A stretch of 64,000 nt of DNA from an uncultured Eubacteriales bacterium (GTDB taxonomy: Bacteria; Bacillota; Clostridia; Oscillospirales; CAG-272). The stretch covers positions 4,812 to 68,811 of the forward strand of contig CAJJIY010000003.1 of assembly GCA_905187695.1 (NCBI GenBank), written 5' to 3'. Shown here piece after piece: positions 1-9,625 of this stretch. Position 1 is the first letter of the stretch; each line of letters starts with the position of its first letter. The notes under the pieces are model-generated. The model was not told the origin of the DNA, did not search any database, and was given only the letters and a program-made list of their open reading frames with translations. The position numbers were made by a program, and so were the translations under genes.

Positions 1-865
1 CGCAGATGGCGTTCAGCAAAGCTTCCATATCACGGTCGTCTTCATAAAAAAGCTCAATAGAGTGTTTTTTGTCGTTTTTGGTGATCTTTACTTTCCGGCC
101 AAGGCTTTCGCGGGTACGGCGTTCAAGGTCTTTGAGCCAAACACGGTTCTGCGTACTGCCTGTGATATCGGGAAGTTCCATTTCGGGTGCGGTGTTTTCA
201 CGGCGAACCAGATTTTCCACTTCGCGGACCGAAAGGCCTTTTTCCACAATGCGGCGGGCGAGCAGGGCCATATTTTCGGGATTTTTGAGCCCCAAAAGCG
301 CCCGCGCGTGTCCGGCTGAAAGGTCTCCGTTTTCCACCAACAGCAAGACTTCTTCCGGCAGATCCAGCAACCGGAGGATGTTCGTAATGGCAGGACGGGA
401 TTTTCCGACTTGCCTTGCGACCTCTTCCTGGGTCATGCCGAACCTGTCAATCAGGGCTTTATAGCCGCTTGCTTCTTCAATGACATTTAAATCCTCGCGC
501 TGCACATTCTCTATGAGTGCGATTTGGGCGGTTTTCAGGTCATCGCCGTCAAGGATAATGGCCGGAATTTCAGAAAGTCCTGCCATTTTTGCGGCGCGCC
601 AACGGCGTTCTCCAGCGATGATCTCGTAGTTCCCCTCAAAATTTTGATTGGGACGTACCAGAATCGGTTGAAGGACGCCATAGGTGGCAATGGATTCGGC
701 CAAAGCCTCCAGCGTTTCGCGTGCAAATTGTTTGCGGGGTTGATCGCTTCTTGGTTCAATGTCCGAGATCCGCAGGGTGGTAGCCGCGCCCTCCTTCATG
801 CCCATGATGTTGTCATCGAGAATCGAATAAAAATCTTTTCCCAAAGCGGTTTTTTTGGCTGCCAT
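1..865 (-). CDS. parB: Chromosome partitioning protein ParB/Spo0J; the 3' end of the gene lies outside the window
   Basis: Manual reverse translation from the ATG at 865-863 gives MAAKKTALGKDFYSILDD..LRISDIEPRSDQPRKQF..YGVLQPILVR..IIAGERRWRAAKMAGLSEIPAII, which carries the ParB-box motifs. It lies directly downstream of soj. It is absent from the ORF track because no stop codon falls inside the window. Confidence 0.9.
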   Translation of the reverse strand, partial: MAAKKTALGKDFYSILDDNIMGMKEGAATTLRISDIEPRSDQPRKQFARETLEALAESIATYGVLQPILVRPNQNFEGNYEIIAGERRWRAAKMAGLSEIPAIILDGDDLKTAQIALIENVQREDLNVIEEASGYKALIDRFGMTQEEVARQVGKSRPAITNILRLLDLPEEVLLLVENGDLSAGHARALLGLKNPENMALLARRIVEKGLSVREVENLVRRENTAPEMELPDITGSTQNRVWLKDLERRTRESLGRKVKITKNDKKHSIELFYEDDRDMEALLNAIC

Positions 866-886
866 GAAAAATCTCTCCTTTCCGAA

Positions 887-1651
887 TCAGGCCCGCGTCA
901 GCAATTCGCGGGCAAAATCGGTATATTCTTTTGCGCCTTTTGCGCTTTTATCATAGTAGTAAACAGGCATGCCGAAGCTTGGCGCCTCACAAAGCCGTAC
1001 ATTACGGGAAATGGTTGTGCGGAACAGCCTGTCCCGATAATGCTTTTCAAGTTCGGCCATGATCTGCGCGGAAAGCGACAGTCTGCCATTATACATTGTG
1101 ACAAGAATCCCCGTGGTGACAAGGCGCGGGTTAAACCGCTTTTTGACGCGCGTGACAGTCAATGTCAGCTGTGTGAGCCCTTCCAGTGCATAATACTCGC
1201 ACGGCAAAGGAATGATTACGCCGTCAGAAGCGGCCAATGCGTTGACTGTCAGCATCCCGAGCGAGGGCGGACAATCTATCAATATATAATCATAGTCGTT
1301 CCGAACGCTGCCGAGCGCTTCCGCCAGTGTCGCGCCGACCCCCTCTTCTACGCCAAGAAGATCAAATTCGGCGCCCGCCAGAGTGGCGTTGGCCGGAATC
1401 AGCGAGAGGTTCTGAAAGGAAGTGGCAAGGATTGCTTCTTTTGCCCGGCAACCGCCGGCCAATAGATCACGGACAGTATAACGCAAGCTTTTTTTAGCGA
1501 CGCCAACTCCGCCGGTTGCGCTTCCCTGAGGGTCCATATCGACCAAAAGCGTGCGATATCCGAGGATGCCCAAAGAAGCGGCGGTATTTACTGCACTGGT
1601 TGTCTTTCCAACACCGCCCTTTTGGTTCGCAAAAACCAAAATTCTGCCCAT
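887..1651 (-). CDS. soj: ParA/Soj chromosome partitioning ATPase
   Basis: 254 aa. Deviant Walker A motif in FANQKGGVGKTTSAVN, followed by LLVDMDPQGSAT. Adjacent to parB. Confidence 0.93.
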   Translation of the reverse strand: MGRILVFANQKGGVGKTTSAVNTAASLGILGYRTLLVDMDPQGSATGGVGVAKKSLRYTVRDLLAGGCRAKEAILATSFQNLSLIPANATLAGAEFDLLGVEEGVGATLAEALGSVRNDYDYILIDCPPSLGMLTVNALAASDGVIIPLPCEYYALEGLTQLTLTVTRVKKRFNPRLVTTGILVTMYNGRLSLSAQIMAELEKHYRDRLFRTTISRNVRLCEAPSFGMPVYYYDKSAKGAKEYTDFARELLTRA

Positions 1652-1950
1652 GAGCCCTCCCTTCTGCTTTCGGAGAAATGTTCCTTTGCGGGAAAGCTCA
1701 AATCTCCAAGGCCGGATGTTGCTCCTATTATATCACGATAAGCGACTTATTGCAACAGTTTCTGCTAAAAAACCGAATATTTTTGCCGAGGATTTGGCCG
1801 GACACCATGCTCGCTCGGGAAGACTTTGAGGAAAGAGCGGGTGTTCTTTCGAGGCAAGGTTTTGTAATAACGGAGAAATTTTTCGCCCTTCGTTAGTAGG
1901 CATATTGCTGCGGATATAGGGAAACGGCACAGTTTTTCGATATGCCGTAT

Positions 1951-2075
1951 TGTTTCACATGAAACATCAGAAACATCGGGGGCGTGAAAATGTTTCATGT
2001 GAAACAGAAATGACTTTAGTGATTGTTTCATGTGAAACATTGACTTGAATCGTAATGCCCGTTTCATGTGAAACA
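1951..2075. repeat. Cluster of four parS-like centromere sites
   Basis: TGTTTCACATGAAACA at 1951-1966. Its reverse complement TGTTTCATGTGAAACA at 1991-2006 and 2024-2039. A 15/16 copy cGTTTCATGTGAAACA at 2060-2075. Each is one mismatch from the Firmicute parS consensus TGTTNCACGTGAAACA. Confidence 0.8.
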
Positions 2076-2116
2076 TTTCTTACAATAGGAGAGCTTTTCC
2101 GTTTAAGTGATAAGTG

Positions 2117-3760
2117 TTATGCTTTTTCAATGTAAATGACGATGCGTGCTCCGGTAGCATCCTCTGTTTTGGAGCAGTGAACGGGGGCGCCGGTCTTTCT
2201 GAAGATGGCGAGCGTGCGCTCAATGGAATTGTATAGCGGCCTAAGATCCCGCAATGCGAATTTTCTGGGATATACGCCGTGCGAAGTTTCATTAAAATCC
2301 GATGAAAACTCATTGGCGGGGGAATCATACTCCTCCTTAAAAGGGGGGGCTTGGCGTTCCAAAGAGGCCAATGTGGCAGTTTTGGTGGACAATCCTTCGG
2401 TGATATGCTTTTCTTTTTTCCTTTCAGCGTCCGTTTCCTTGCACATGTGCACTTCTTCCGGCTCAATTGTGCCATGGGAGGAGCGGAAAGAATTTAAAGG
2501 CGGGGTCTGTGGATAAGGTTGTTCTTCTTCCGGCACTTTGCGGGGATAAGAAATAGCCGTTTTTTGCAGGATAAAAGGGCATCCGTGTGGAAATGCGGGA
2601 GATTTCGGGGGATAAGGGGTGGAATTTTGCGTATAAGCCGGCTTGGAACGCCTTTCTTGCGCATATGTATTTAATGTAGTCTGCAGAGAAGGGTCTTTTC
2701 CCTTTGATAAATCGGGTGGATCAGGAATATTTGATTTCAGAGATTCTTGCGGGCCTGAATAAGGCATTTCTTCGGAGAAATCCATGAAATCCGGCGTTTC
2801 CTCCGGTATAAATCCCGTGAAAGGTTCGCCTATGGTCTGGTGTTCCTCCGAATTTTTCGGATCTTCGTGCGCATTGGGCGTTTGCGGGAATTTTGCTTCT
2901 GCCAAGTGCGTTGCTATGGCGTTTTCTGCCGTGAAATCTACTGTTTTTCCGTTTGTTTTAATTTGCGGGGCGCTGTTTTGGGGGGCAAAATCGTTTTCGC
3001 GACAATCAAAATACCCCGCAAAGCTCATTCCCCCCATTTTAGAATCACACGGATGGGTGCCCAAATTGCTTTCCGCAGAAAGGTTAGAACACAAATTGCC
3101 GGAAGCAAGGAAATCATCAATCATTTTTTCACTGGCGGCCACATTCTTCTTTCCCTGGATGATTTTTTGCAGCAACTCTTTGCGCGCGATTGGATTTTTT
3201 ACCCGCAGAAGCGCCCGCGCGTGCCGCTCGGTGAGTCGGGCTTCGCGAATGAGCCCTTCCTCTTCTTGGCTGAATTGGAGAAGTCGCAATTTGTTGGCCA
3301 CGGTGGATTGGGAAAGATCCATGCGCCGTGAAATTTCCTCTTGCGTCAGACCGAACTCGTTTGAGAGCGCAGCAAAGGCTCTCGCCTGATCAAAAAAATG
3401 CAACGAACTTTCTTTGATCCGGGCGGCTTCCTGCCTTTCTCTTGACGCGGCGCTTTCTGCGTCGAGAACGCTGCAGGGCAACTCCTGCAGGCCAATGAGA
3501 CAGGCGGCGCGGTAACGGCGCTCGCCCTCAACCAATTCAAAGGCGGTCTGACCCTGCGAATCCCGGATGGCCCGGATCGAAAGCGGTTGTAATACGCCGT
3601 ATCTCCGGATGGATTCGGACAGGCGGATTATCTCATTGGTTTCGGCTGTTCCACCCTTCCTTTTGGGAACGCGGATCTGTTCCGGGCTGAGGAAAAGCAG
3701 CGATTCGGATGGCAAAGCGCTTGTCCGGTCGTCTTTTATAATCTGTTTCATCGTTTTCAC
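2117..3760 (-). CDS. ParB/Noc-family paralog with a long low-complexity extension (547 aa)
   Basis: The N-terminal part carries ParB N-domain and HTH motifs: YGVLQPLSIR, LVEGERRYRAACL, GLTQEEISRRMDLSQSTVANKLRLL. The remaining ~300 aa are rich in P, E, S and T, followed by a short structured C-terminus. Confidence 0.8.
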   Translation of the reverse strand: MKTMKQIIKDDRTSALPSESLLFLSPEQIRVPKRKGGTAETNEIIRLSESIRRYGVLQPLSIRAIRDSQGQTAFELVEGERRYRAACLIGLQELPCSVLDAESAASRERQEAARIKESSLHFFDQARAFAALSNEFGLTQEEISRRMDLSQSTVANKLRLLQFSQEEEGLIREARLTERHARALLRVKNPIARKELLQKIIQGKKNVAASEKMIDDFLASGNLCSNLSAESNLGTHPCDSKMGGMSFAGYFDCRENDFAPQNSAPQIKTNGKTVDFTAENAIATHLAEAKFPQTPNAHEDPKNSEEHQTIGEPFTGFIPEETPDFMDFSEEMPYSGPQESLKSNIPDPPDLSKGKDPSLQTTLNTYAQERRSKPAYTQNSTPYPPKSPAFPHGCPFILQKTAISYPRKVPEEEQPYPQTPPLNSFRSSHGTIEPEEVHMCKETDAERKKEKHITEGLSTKTATLASLERQAPPFKEEYDSPANEFSSDFNETSHGVYPRKFALRDLRPLYNSIERTLAIFRKTGAPVHCSKTEDATGARIVIYIEKA

Positions 3761-4122
3761 CTTCTTTTTTCTTTTCTTTTGCTATCATAGCAACCCGGAC
3801 GGGGAAATTTTGTCACATCCTGCAGCCTTTCAGCAGAAAAATGATTTTTCCGGGAGAGAAAGGCCGGAAAAGGTGGAGGAAGGGGGCGGCGTGATACATA
3901 AAAGCGATCGCTTGGCAAAAAAGAGGGCCTGATAAAAATGGAAACAAAAAGGAAATATTAACCATATAAATCATATTTAGTGCCAAAACGGGTTCTGAAA
4001 AATGAAAATTTTCTTTTTAAGATATGGAAAACAATCTTCTCTTTTTCTTGACAGATATAGCGAAACCAAACCATTCGGGGCGGATTGCAATTTGGCGGGC
4101 GGCAGGCGCGGCGCTATAAAAA

Positions 4123-4142
4123 AAGACGGCCGAAGCCGTCTT
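4123..4142 (-). terminator. Rho-independent terminator downstream of rsmG
   Basis: Stem aagacggc/gccgtctt with a 4-nt loop. An A-run lies on the plus strand, so the minus-strand transcript has a U-run after the hairpin. Confidence 0.5.
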
Positions 4143-4221
4143 TTGAATTTATGGGCACGGACAAATGGATTTGCGGGGACTGCGGAGGGCTACAGGGACG
4201 GAAAAGTGCGAAGAGTGGGTT

Positions 4222-4950
4222 TTATAAGGGGCTCTTGCTGATTTTTCCCCATGGGCGCGGATATATGGCAGGTGTGGGCGCTGTTTTTGCGATGCGGATA
4301 AGCATTCTGTCCTCTTTTTGCTCCCCGTCTGCCAGTTGAAAAACATGTTTCAGGGTAACGGCCCCGCCAAGGGTGCGGATGGCGTTCCGGGCCTGGGACA
4401 GTTCCTCGTCTCCTTTTTTGCTTTTCATGGCAAGGAATGCGCCGCCAACGCGTACAAGGGGCAGACAAAGTTCGCACAATTGCGGAAGAGCCGCTACGGC
4501 GCGGGCGGTGACGGCGTCAAAACGTTCCCGGAAAACCGGATTGTGCGCCAACTCCTCAGCTCGGCAAGCGCGAGCCCTGAAGTTGTCAAGCGCAAGAAAA
4601 TCTGCGCAACCTTTTACGAATGAGAGCTTTTTCTCGGTGCTGTCAATGGCGAATAAGGAGAGATCCGGGCGAGCGATGGCCAATGGTAAGCATGGAAACC
4701 CGGCGCCGCATCCGACATCCAGAACCCTGGCGCCGGCCGGCAGAAAAGAAGAAACGGTCAGGGAGTCCACGAAATGAAGCAGTAGAACTTCTCGTTCGTC
4801 CCGAATGGCGGTTAGATTCATGATTTTGTTTGCTTCCGAAAGCCGGCCCAAAAATGCGTGCAGTTTCCGGAAGGCGATTTCGTCCGGCACGGAGAGATTG
4901 TTTTTTTCAAGCAGGGACAGCAAGAGCGATGAAAATTCGGAAAATTCCAA
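4222..4950 (-). CDS. rsmG: 16S rRNA (guanine527-N7)-methyltransferase RsmG (GidB)
   Basis: 242 aa. SAM-binding motif LDVGCGAGFPCLPLAI. Conserved position between the parB paralog and mnmG. Confidence 0.9.
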   Translation of the reverse strand: MEFSEFSSLLLSLLEKNNLSVPDEIAFRKLHAFLGRLSEANKIMNLTAIRDEREVLLLHFVDSLTVSSFLPAGARVLDVGCGAGFPCLPLAIARPDLSLFAIDSTEKKLSFVKGCADFLALDNFRARACRAEELAHNPVFRERFDAVTARAVAALPQLCELCLPLVRVGGAFLAMKSKKGDEELSQARNAIRTLGGAVTLKHVFQLADGEQKEDRMLIRIAKTAPTPAIYPRPWGKISKSPL

Positions 4951-5175
4951 AAGAAGGCCTCCTGAACGCGCGGTGCGCGGGATTTGAAGAAGCGGGCGAA
5001 GGACGGGAACCGCCGAAAAAGAACAAGAGGGGAGACGGCAACGCTGTCTGAGCCGGGAACGGCGGAACGATAAGGGAGAAGGGCAAAAGACACATTTGCC
5101 GCTCGGAAAGCGGCAAAAAGGGAGCGGTGTGTGAGAGGACGGATAAAGCGTCCGGAATCGCGCCTGCCAAGGCTG

Positions 5176-7041
5176 TCAGCGCAAGCCGAGCGCGATCAGA
5201 AGCACCGAAATGTCCGCCGGACTGACGCCGCTGATCCGGGCGGCCTGCCCCACGGTATCCGGGCGGATCTGCGAAAGTTTTTGCGCGGCCTCCAGGCGGA
5301 GGCCTCTGATTTTGGAATAGTCAAGGAAGGTTGGAATCGTCCTTGACTCCAGCTTTTCCTGCCGCTCGACTTCCGAGAGCTGGCGGTCAATATATCCGCT
5401 GTATTTGATACGGACTTCTACAGAAAGCGCCTCGGTACGCGACAGTGCGGGCCTTGCATCATCCAAAGGAGCGAGCGCTTCATAGCAAAGGCCCGGACGG
5501 CGCAGAAGATCGGCCAGTGACGCGCCGCTTGAGAGTGTGGAAAGCGCCAAGGACTGCAAAAGCGGATTGGCTTTTTCGGGTGAAAGATAGGTGTGTTCCA
5601 ATCGCTTACATTCGGCCGCAATCCTCTCTTGTTTTTCTTTGAATTTCCGATAGCGTTCCGGGGGGATCAGACCTACCCGGTGCCCATATTCCGTAAGGCG
5701 TTCATCGGCGTTGTCCTGGCGCAGAAGCAGGCGGTATTCCGAGCGGGAAGTCATCATGCGGTAGGGTTCGTTTGTCCCCTTGGTGATGAGATCGTCTACC
5801 AGCGTGCCGAGATAGGAACTGGCGCGCGGCAGAATGAGTGGCTTCTCTCCTTTTACGCTCAGCGCGGCATTGATACCGGCCAGAAGTCCCTGCGCGGCGG
5901 CTTCTTCATAGCCGGAAGTGCCGTTGAACTGCCCTGCTCCGAAAAGCCCCGGAATATCTTTGAATTCCAGCGTGGCGCGGAGTTGAAGCGGATCGCAGCA
6001 ATCGTATTCAATGGCATACGCATAACGCATGATTTCAGCCTTTTCAAATCCCGGCAGGCTGTGAAGCATTTCTTCCTGCACATCGGTAGGCATGGAGGTT
6101 GAAAATCCCTGAAGATAGAGTTCTTCGGTCTGTCTCCCGAGCGGCTCCAGAAAGAGCTGATGCCGCTCCTTGTCGGCAAAACGGACGATTTTGTCTTCGA
6201 TAGAGGGGCAATACCGAGGCCCTGTCGCGTGAATGTGCCCGCCATACATGGCCGAACGACTTAAGTTTTGCCGGATGATCTCATGTGTTCCGGCATTGGT
6301 GTAAACAATGTGGCAGGGGAGTTGAGCGGCGGAATCAAGGTAGGTTTCGGGCGTATCGGCCGAGAACGGGAGCGCATGCTCTTCTCCGTCCTGCCGTTCC
6401 AGGCGGGAGAGATCGACCGAGCGCCGGTTGACGCGTGCCGGAGTGCCGGTTTTAAAACGGCGAAGCGAAACGCCCAGTTTGGAAAGCGAGGACGAAAGAC
6501 CGCGCGAGGGCAAAAATCCGTCCGGCCCGCTTTCATAGTTTCGGTCTCCCACAAAAATCCGGCTGTCGAGATAGGTGCCGGCCGCGATGATGACTGCACG
6601 GCAACGGTAAATTTCTCCCAGCCGGGTGCAAAGCGAAGCGACTCGCCCGGTTTCGTCCGGCAGAATATCGGTGACCTCTGCCTGCACAAGGCGCAGATGG
6701 GGTGTCTTTTCAAGAACCGATTTCATATAAAGGTGGTAGGCTTTCCGGTCTGCCTGCACGCGTTTGGAATGAACGGCGGCGCCTTTTCCGAGATTCAATG
6801 TGCGGGACTGCAGTGTCACGGCGTCGGCCGCCCGCCCCATTTCACCGCCGAGCGCGTCGATCTCATAGACCAGATGGCCCTTGGCCGTTCCGCCGATGGA
6901 GGGATTGCAGGGCATATTGGCTACGGATTCCAGTGAAAGAGTGAAAAGAACCGTGTCCACGCCCATACGGGCACTGGCCAGTGCCGCTTCGATACCGGCA
7001 TGACCGGCACCCACAACGGCAACAAGGGTTTCGTGAATCAT
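5176..7041 (-). CDS. mnmG: tRNA uridine 5-carboxymethylaminomethyl modification enzyme MnmG (GidA)
   Basis: 621 aa. N-terminal FAD fold VVGAGHAGIEAALASARMG. Typical GidA length and synteny with rsmG. Confidence 0.95.
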   Translation of the reverse strand: MIHETLVAVVGAGHAGIEAALASARMGVDTVLFTLSLESVANMPCNPSIGGTAKGHLVYEIDALGGEMGRAADAVTLQSRTLNLGKGAAVHSKRVQADRKAYHLYMKSVLEKTPHLRLVQAEVTDILPDETGRVASLCTRLGEIYRCRAVIIAAGTYLDSRIFVGDRNYESGPDGFLPSRGLSSSLSKLGVSLRRFKTGTPARVNRRSVDLSRLERQDGEEHALPFSADTPETYLDSAAQLPCHIVYTNAGTHEIIRQNLSRSAMYGGHIHATGPRYCPSIEDKIVRFADKERHQLFLEPLGRQTEELYLQGFSTSMPTDVQEEMLHSLPGFEKAEIMRYAYAIEYDCCDPLQLRATLEFKDIPGLFGAGQFNGTSGYEEAAAQGLLAGINAALSVKGEKPLILPRASSYLGTLVDDLITKGTNEPYRMMTSRSEYRLLLRQDNADERLTEYGHRVGLIPPERYRKFKEKQERIAAECKRLEHTYLSPEKANPLLQSLALSTLSSGASLADLLRRPGLCYEALAPLDDARPALSRTEALSVEVRIKYSGYIDRQLSEVERQEKLESRTIPTFLDYSKIRGLRLEAAQKLSQIRPDTVGQAARISGVSPADISVLLIALGLR

Positions 7042-7098
7042 AAGAACTCCTTTCCCGGAATTTTTTCGGTGCGTATCAGAGGATGTGAAGAAATTTCT

Positions 7099-7680
7099 TC
7101 AGTCGGTGGATTTTGGGGCGTTTTTGGACAAAACCGTGGCGGACGGGTTGTAATAACGGCACATCCGGCACATTTTTTCATTGGCTTCAAAATAGAAAAT
7201 AGCACGCTGTGTCTCCTTGCGCGATTTGCCTTTCAATTCAAACAGCATGAAGAAAACATGTTCGTCATGCAGGGAAGAAACGCCCGAAAACGAGCGTTCC
7301 GGCCGGAATTCCTTTGCGCGGCGATATTCTCCGTCATCCGAAAGCGGCGCAATGCGGATGGCATCGCGGAGCGACAGTTCGAAAATTTTCTTGCGGGAGC
7401 GCCCACCGTAAATTTTGGCAAATGTCAGGATACCGGAGGTGACCGAACATTCATATTCCACATTGACATAGCGCCAGGTCACAAAAATCAGGATCCAGGT
7501 GGAAATCGGAATCAACGCAAGAAGCGGCACCAGGATTCGGGTGCGAAGTCCGAAAAGGAGCCATGCGCAGACGAAAAGAACATAAAGAAGGCAAAGCCCG
7601 ATGCGGCGGAAAATCCACACCCCTTCGATTTTTTGCCGGATTGCGTATTCATAGGTTTCGTTTTCAAACATAAAAAACAC
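7099..7680 (-). CDS. Hypothetical membrane protein
   Basis: 193 aa ORF with two hydrophobic helices (GLCLLYVLFVCAWLLFGL and LVPLLALIPISTWILIFV) followed by a soluble tail. No recognisable family. Confidence 0.5.
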   Translation of the reverse strand: MFFMFENETYEYAIRQKIEGVWIFRRIGLCLLYVLFVCAWLLFGLRTRILVPLLALIPISTWILIFVTWRYVNVEYECSVTSGILTFAKIYGGRSRKKIFELSLRDAIRIAPLSDDGEYRRAKEFRPERSFSGVSSLHDEHVFFMLFELKGKSRKETQRAIFYFEANEKMCRMCRYYNPSATVLSKNAPKSTD

Positions 7681-7767
7681 CGCCTTTGCGCCTGATATGA
7701 AAAATTATAGCACACCTTCCTCTCAAAAGCAATCTTTTAAATCAAAAAAGAACTTTTTGGGAGAACC

Positions 7768-7796
7768 TTGCATTTAAAGTGAAGTTCAGCTATAAT
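7768..7796 (+). promoter_or_regulatory. Sigma-A type promoter for the ACT/UPF0210 pair
   Basis: -35 TTGCAT (7768-7773), 17-nt spacer, -10 TATAAT (7791-7796). It lies about 60 nt upstream of the ATG at 7858. Confidence 0.5.
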
Positions 7797-7857
7797 AGTA
7801 ATATATTTTTTCTGCCCGAAAGGTCAGTCGGCGCACCGCGCCGGGAAGGAGTGAAAA

Positions 7858-8127
7858 ATGAAAGCAGTCATTACGGTTACCGGGAAGGACAGCGTCGGGA
7901 TCATTGCGGGCGTATCTGCGCTTTGCGCGGAGCATGGCGCCAATATTGTGGAGATCACACAGAGCGTGCTCTCGGAATATTTTGCCATGATTATGCTGAC
8001 GGAAATTGACCGTCTGAATCTTCCTTTCGCGGATTTCGCGGCCGAACTTGCCGAAATGGGAAGAGCAAGGGGATTGGATATCCGCGCCATGCATGAAGAT
8101 ATTTTCAACACCATGCACCATGTGTAA
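7858..8127 (+). CDS. ACT domain protein (UPF0237 family)
   Basis: 89 aa. [20 protein letters not shown] fits an ACT fold. RBS AAGGAG upstream. Paired with the UPF0210 gene, as is typical. Confidence 0.8.
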   Translation: MKAVITVTGKDSVGIIAGVSALCAEHGANIVEITQSVLSEYFAMIMLTEIDRLNLPFADFAAELAEMGRARGLDIRAMHEDIFNTMHHV

Positions 8128-8138
8128 GGGAGACGGCC

Positions 8139-9497
8139 ATGCTGAATGTAGCTGATATTCTGGAAACCATCGGAATGATCCGGGAGGAGAATCTGGACAT
8201 CCGGACGATTACCATGGGGATCTCACTTCTTGATTGCGTCAGCGAAGACCCGGGAAGGCTTTGCGACAAGATCTATGACAAGATGATGAAAAAGGCCGAA
8301 CGGCTGGTGTCGGTCGGCGTGGAAATCGAGCGGGAATATGGCGTGCCGATCGTCAACAAGCGCGTCTCCCTTACTCCGGTTTCGCTGGTCGGAGCCACAC
8401 TTTCACCGGAGGATTATGTCCGGTTGGCACAGACTCTTGAAAAGGCTGCGGGCGACCTCGGTGTCAATTTCATCGGCGGGTATTCGGCACTGGTGCATAA
8501 AGGAATGACGCCGGGGGAGAAAAATCTCATTCTTTCCATACCGGAAGCATTGGCAACGACCGAACATATCTGTTCTTCGGTCAATGTGGCCACCACCAAG
8601 GCGGGCATCAACATGGATGCGATCCGGATGCTGGGGCAGACCGTGAAGGATGCGGCCTATCTCACGCGCGACCGTTCGTCCATCGGTTGCGCCAAGCTGG
8701 TGGTGTTTGCCAATGCGCCGGAGGATAACCCCTTTATGGCCGGCGCTTTTCACGGCGTAGGAGAACCCGATACTGTCATCAATGTGGGGGTTTCCGGCCC
8801 CGGCGTGATGGCAGCCGCCATCCGGCGGGCAGGAGCGTGCGATCTTTCCGCGCTGGCCGATGTTATTAAGAAAACTGCCTTTAAAATCACACGGGTCGGG
8901 CAATTGGTGGCCGGAGAAGCGGCTTCGCGGCTTGGCGTGCCGTTCGGCATTGTCGATCTGTCCTTGGCGCCGACCCCGGCCGTGGGCGATTCGGTGGCAC
9001 GTGTATTGGAAGAAATGGGGCTTTCCTGCTGCGGCGGGCCGGGCACGACTGCGGCGCTGGCCATGCTCAATGACGCGGTGAAAAAAGGAGGCGTCATGGC
9101 CTCTTCTCATGTCGGCGGGCTTTCGGGCGCGTTTATTCCGGTTTCGGAGGATGCAGGTATGATTGAAGCGGCCGAACGGGGCGTGCTGACGCTGGAAAAA
9201 CTGGAGGCCATGACGGCGGTGTGCTCCGTTGGATTGGATATGATCGCCATACCCGGCGATACGCCGGCGGATGTCATCTGCGGAATTATTGCCGATGAGA
9301 TCTCCATCGGCGTCATTAATCAGAAGACCACGGCTGTCCGTCTTATCCCCGCCTACGGGAAGAAAGCCGGCGACACGGTGGAGTTCGGCGGACTGCTGGG
9401 GCATGCACCGGTTATGCCGGTACGGACCGAATCGCCCGCCCGGTTTGTCGGCCGCGGCGGCCGCATCCCGGCGCCGATTCATAGCCTGAAAAACTGA
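8139..9497 (+). CDS. UPF0210 (PFL4705/DUF711) family protein
   Basis: 452 aa. The N-terminus [27 protein letters not shown] is characteristic. Conserved pairing with the ACT protein. Confidence 0.8.
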   Translation: MLNVADILETIGMIREENLDIRTITMGISLLDCVSEDPGRLCDKIYDKMMKKAERLVSVGVEIEREYGVPIVNKRVSLTPVSLVGATLSPEDYVRLAQTLEKAAGDLGVNFIGGYSALVHKGMTPGEKNLILSIPEALATTEHICSSVNVATTKAGINMDAIRMLGQTVKDAAYLTRDRSSIGCAKLVVFANAPEDNPFMAGAFHGVGEPDTVINVGVSGPGVMAAAIRRAGACDLSALADVIKKTAFKITRVGQLVAGEAASRLGVPFGIVDLSLAPTPAVGDSVARVLEEMGLSCCGGPGTTAALAMLNDAVKKGGVMASSHVGGLSGAFIPVSEDAGMIEAAERGVLTLEKLEAMTAVCSVGLDMIAIPGDTPADVICGIIADEISIGVINQKTTAVRLIPAYGKKAGDTVEFGGLLGHAPVMPVRTESPARFVGRGGRIPAPIHSLKN

Positions 9498-9578
9498 AAA
9501 TCAACCCCGTTTGGGGACATCTTTTCTTTTTGAGCTTGTCTACAGCACCTTCCCTCAAGAATTTCCCCGTAGAAAAAA

Positions 9579-9615
9579 GCACCCCGTTCCGGCCAAAAGT
9601 GCCGGAACGGGGTGC
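9579..9615. terminator. Bidirectional rho-independent terminator
   Basis: 15-bp stem gcaccccgttccggc/gccggaacggggtgc. Flanked by an A-run upstream and a T-run downstream, between convergent genes. Confidence 0.7.
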
Positions 9616-9625
9616 TTTTTGCTTT

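Noticed and set aside
524-1465. 313-aa plus-strand ORF overlapping parB and soj
   Set aside because: It is antisense to two strongly supported genes and has no recognisable domain. It is a high-G+C shadow frame. The same reasoning applies to 8403-9482 (-), 15307-16593 (-), 32405-33454 (-), 42081-42971 (+), 43522-44193 (+), 21613-22317 (-), 22173-23144 (-), 23252-24046 (-) and 57438-58205 (+).
1765-2076. 103-aa minus-strand ORF with the repeated peptide MFHMK
   Set aside because: The repeated peptide is simply the translation of the parS-like 16-mers (TGTTTCATGTGAAACA). The ORF has no RBS and overlaps a regulatory intergenic region.
2508-2516. Perfect DnaA box TGTGGATAA (reverse complement TTATCCACA)
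   Set aside because: It is a single copy inside a coding region. One 9-mer match is expected by chance in 64 kb counting both strands. There is no cluster and no AT-rich unwinding element nearby, so it is not evidence for oriC.
7681-7857. Strand-switch intergenic region considered as a possible replication origin
   Set aside because: I could see no DnaA boxes and no dnaA or dnaN nearby. The region is adequately explained by a promoter for the ACT/UPF0210 pair.
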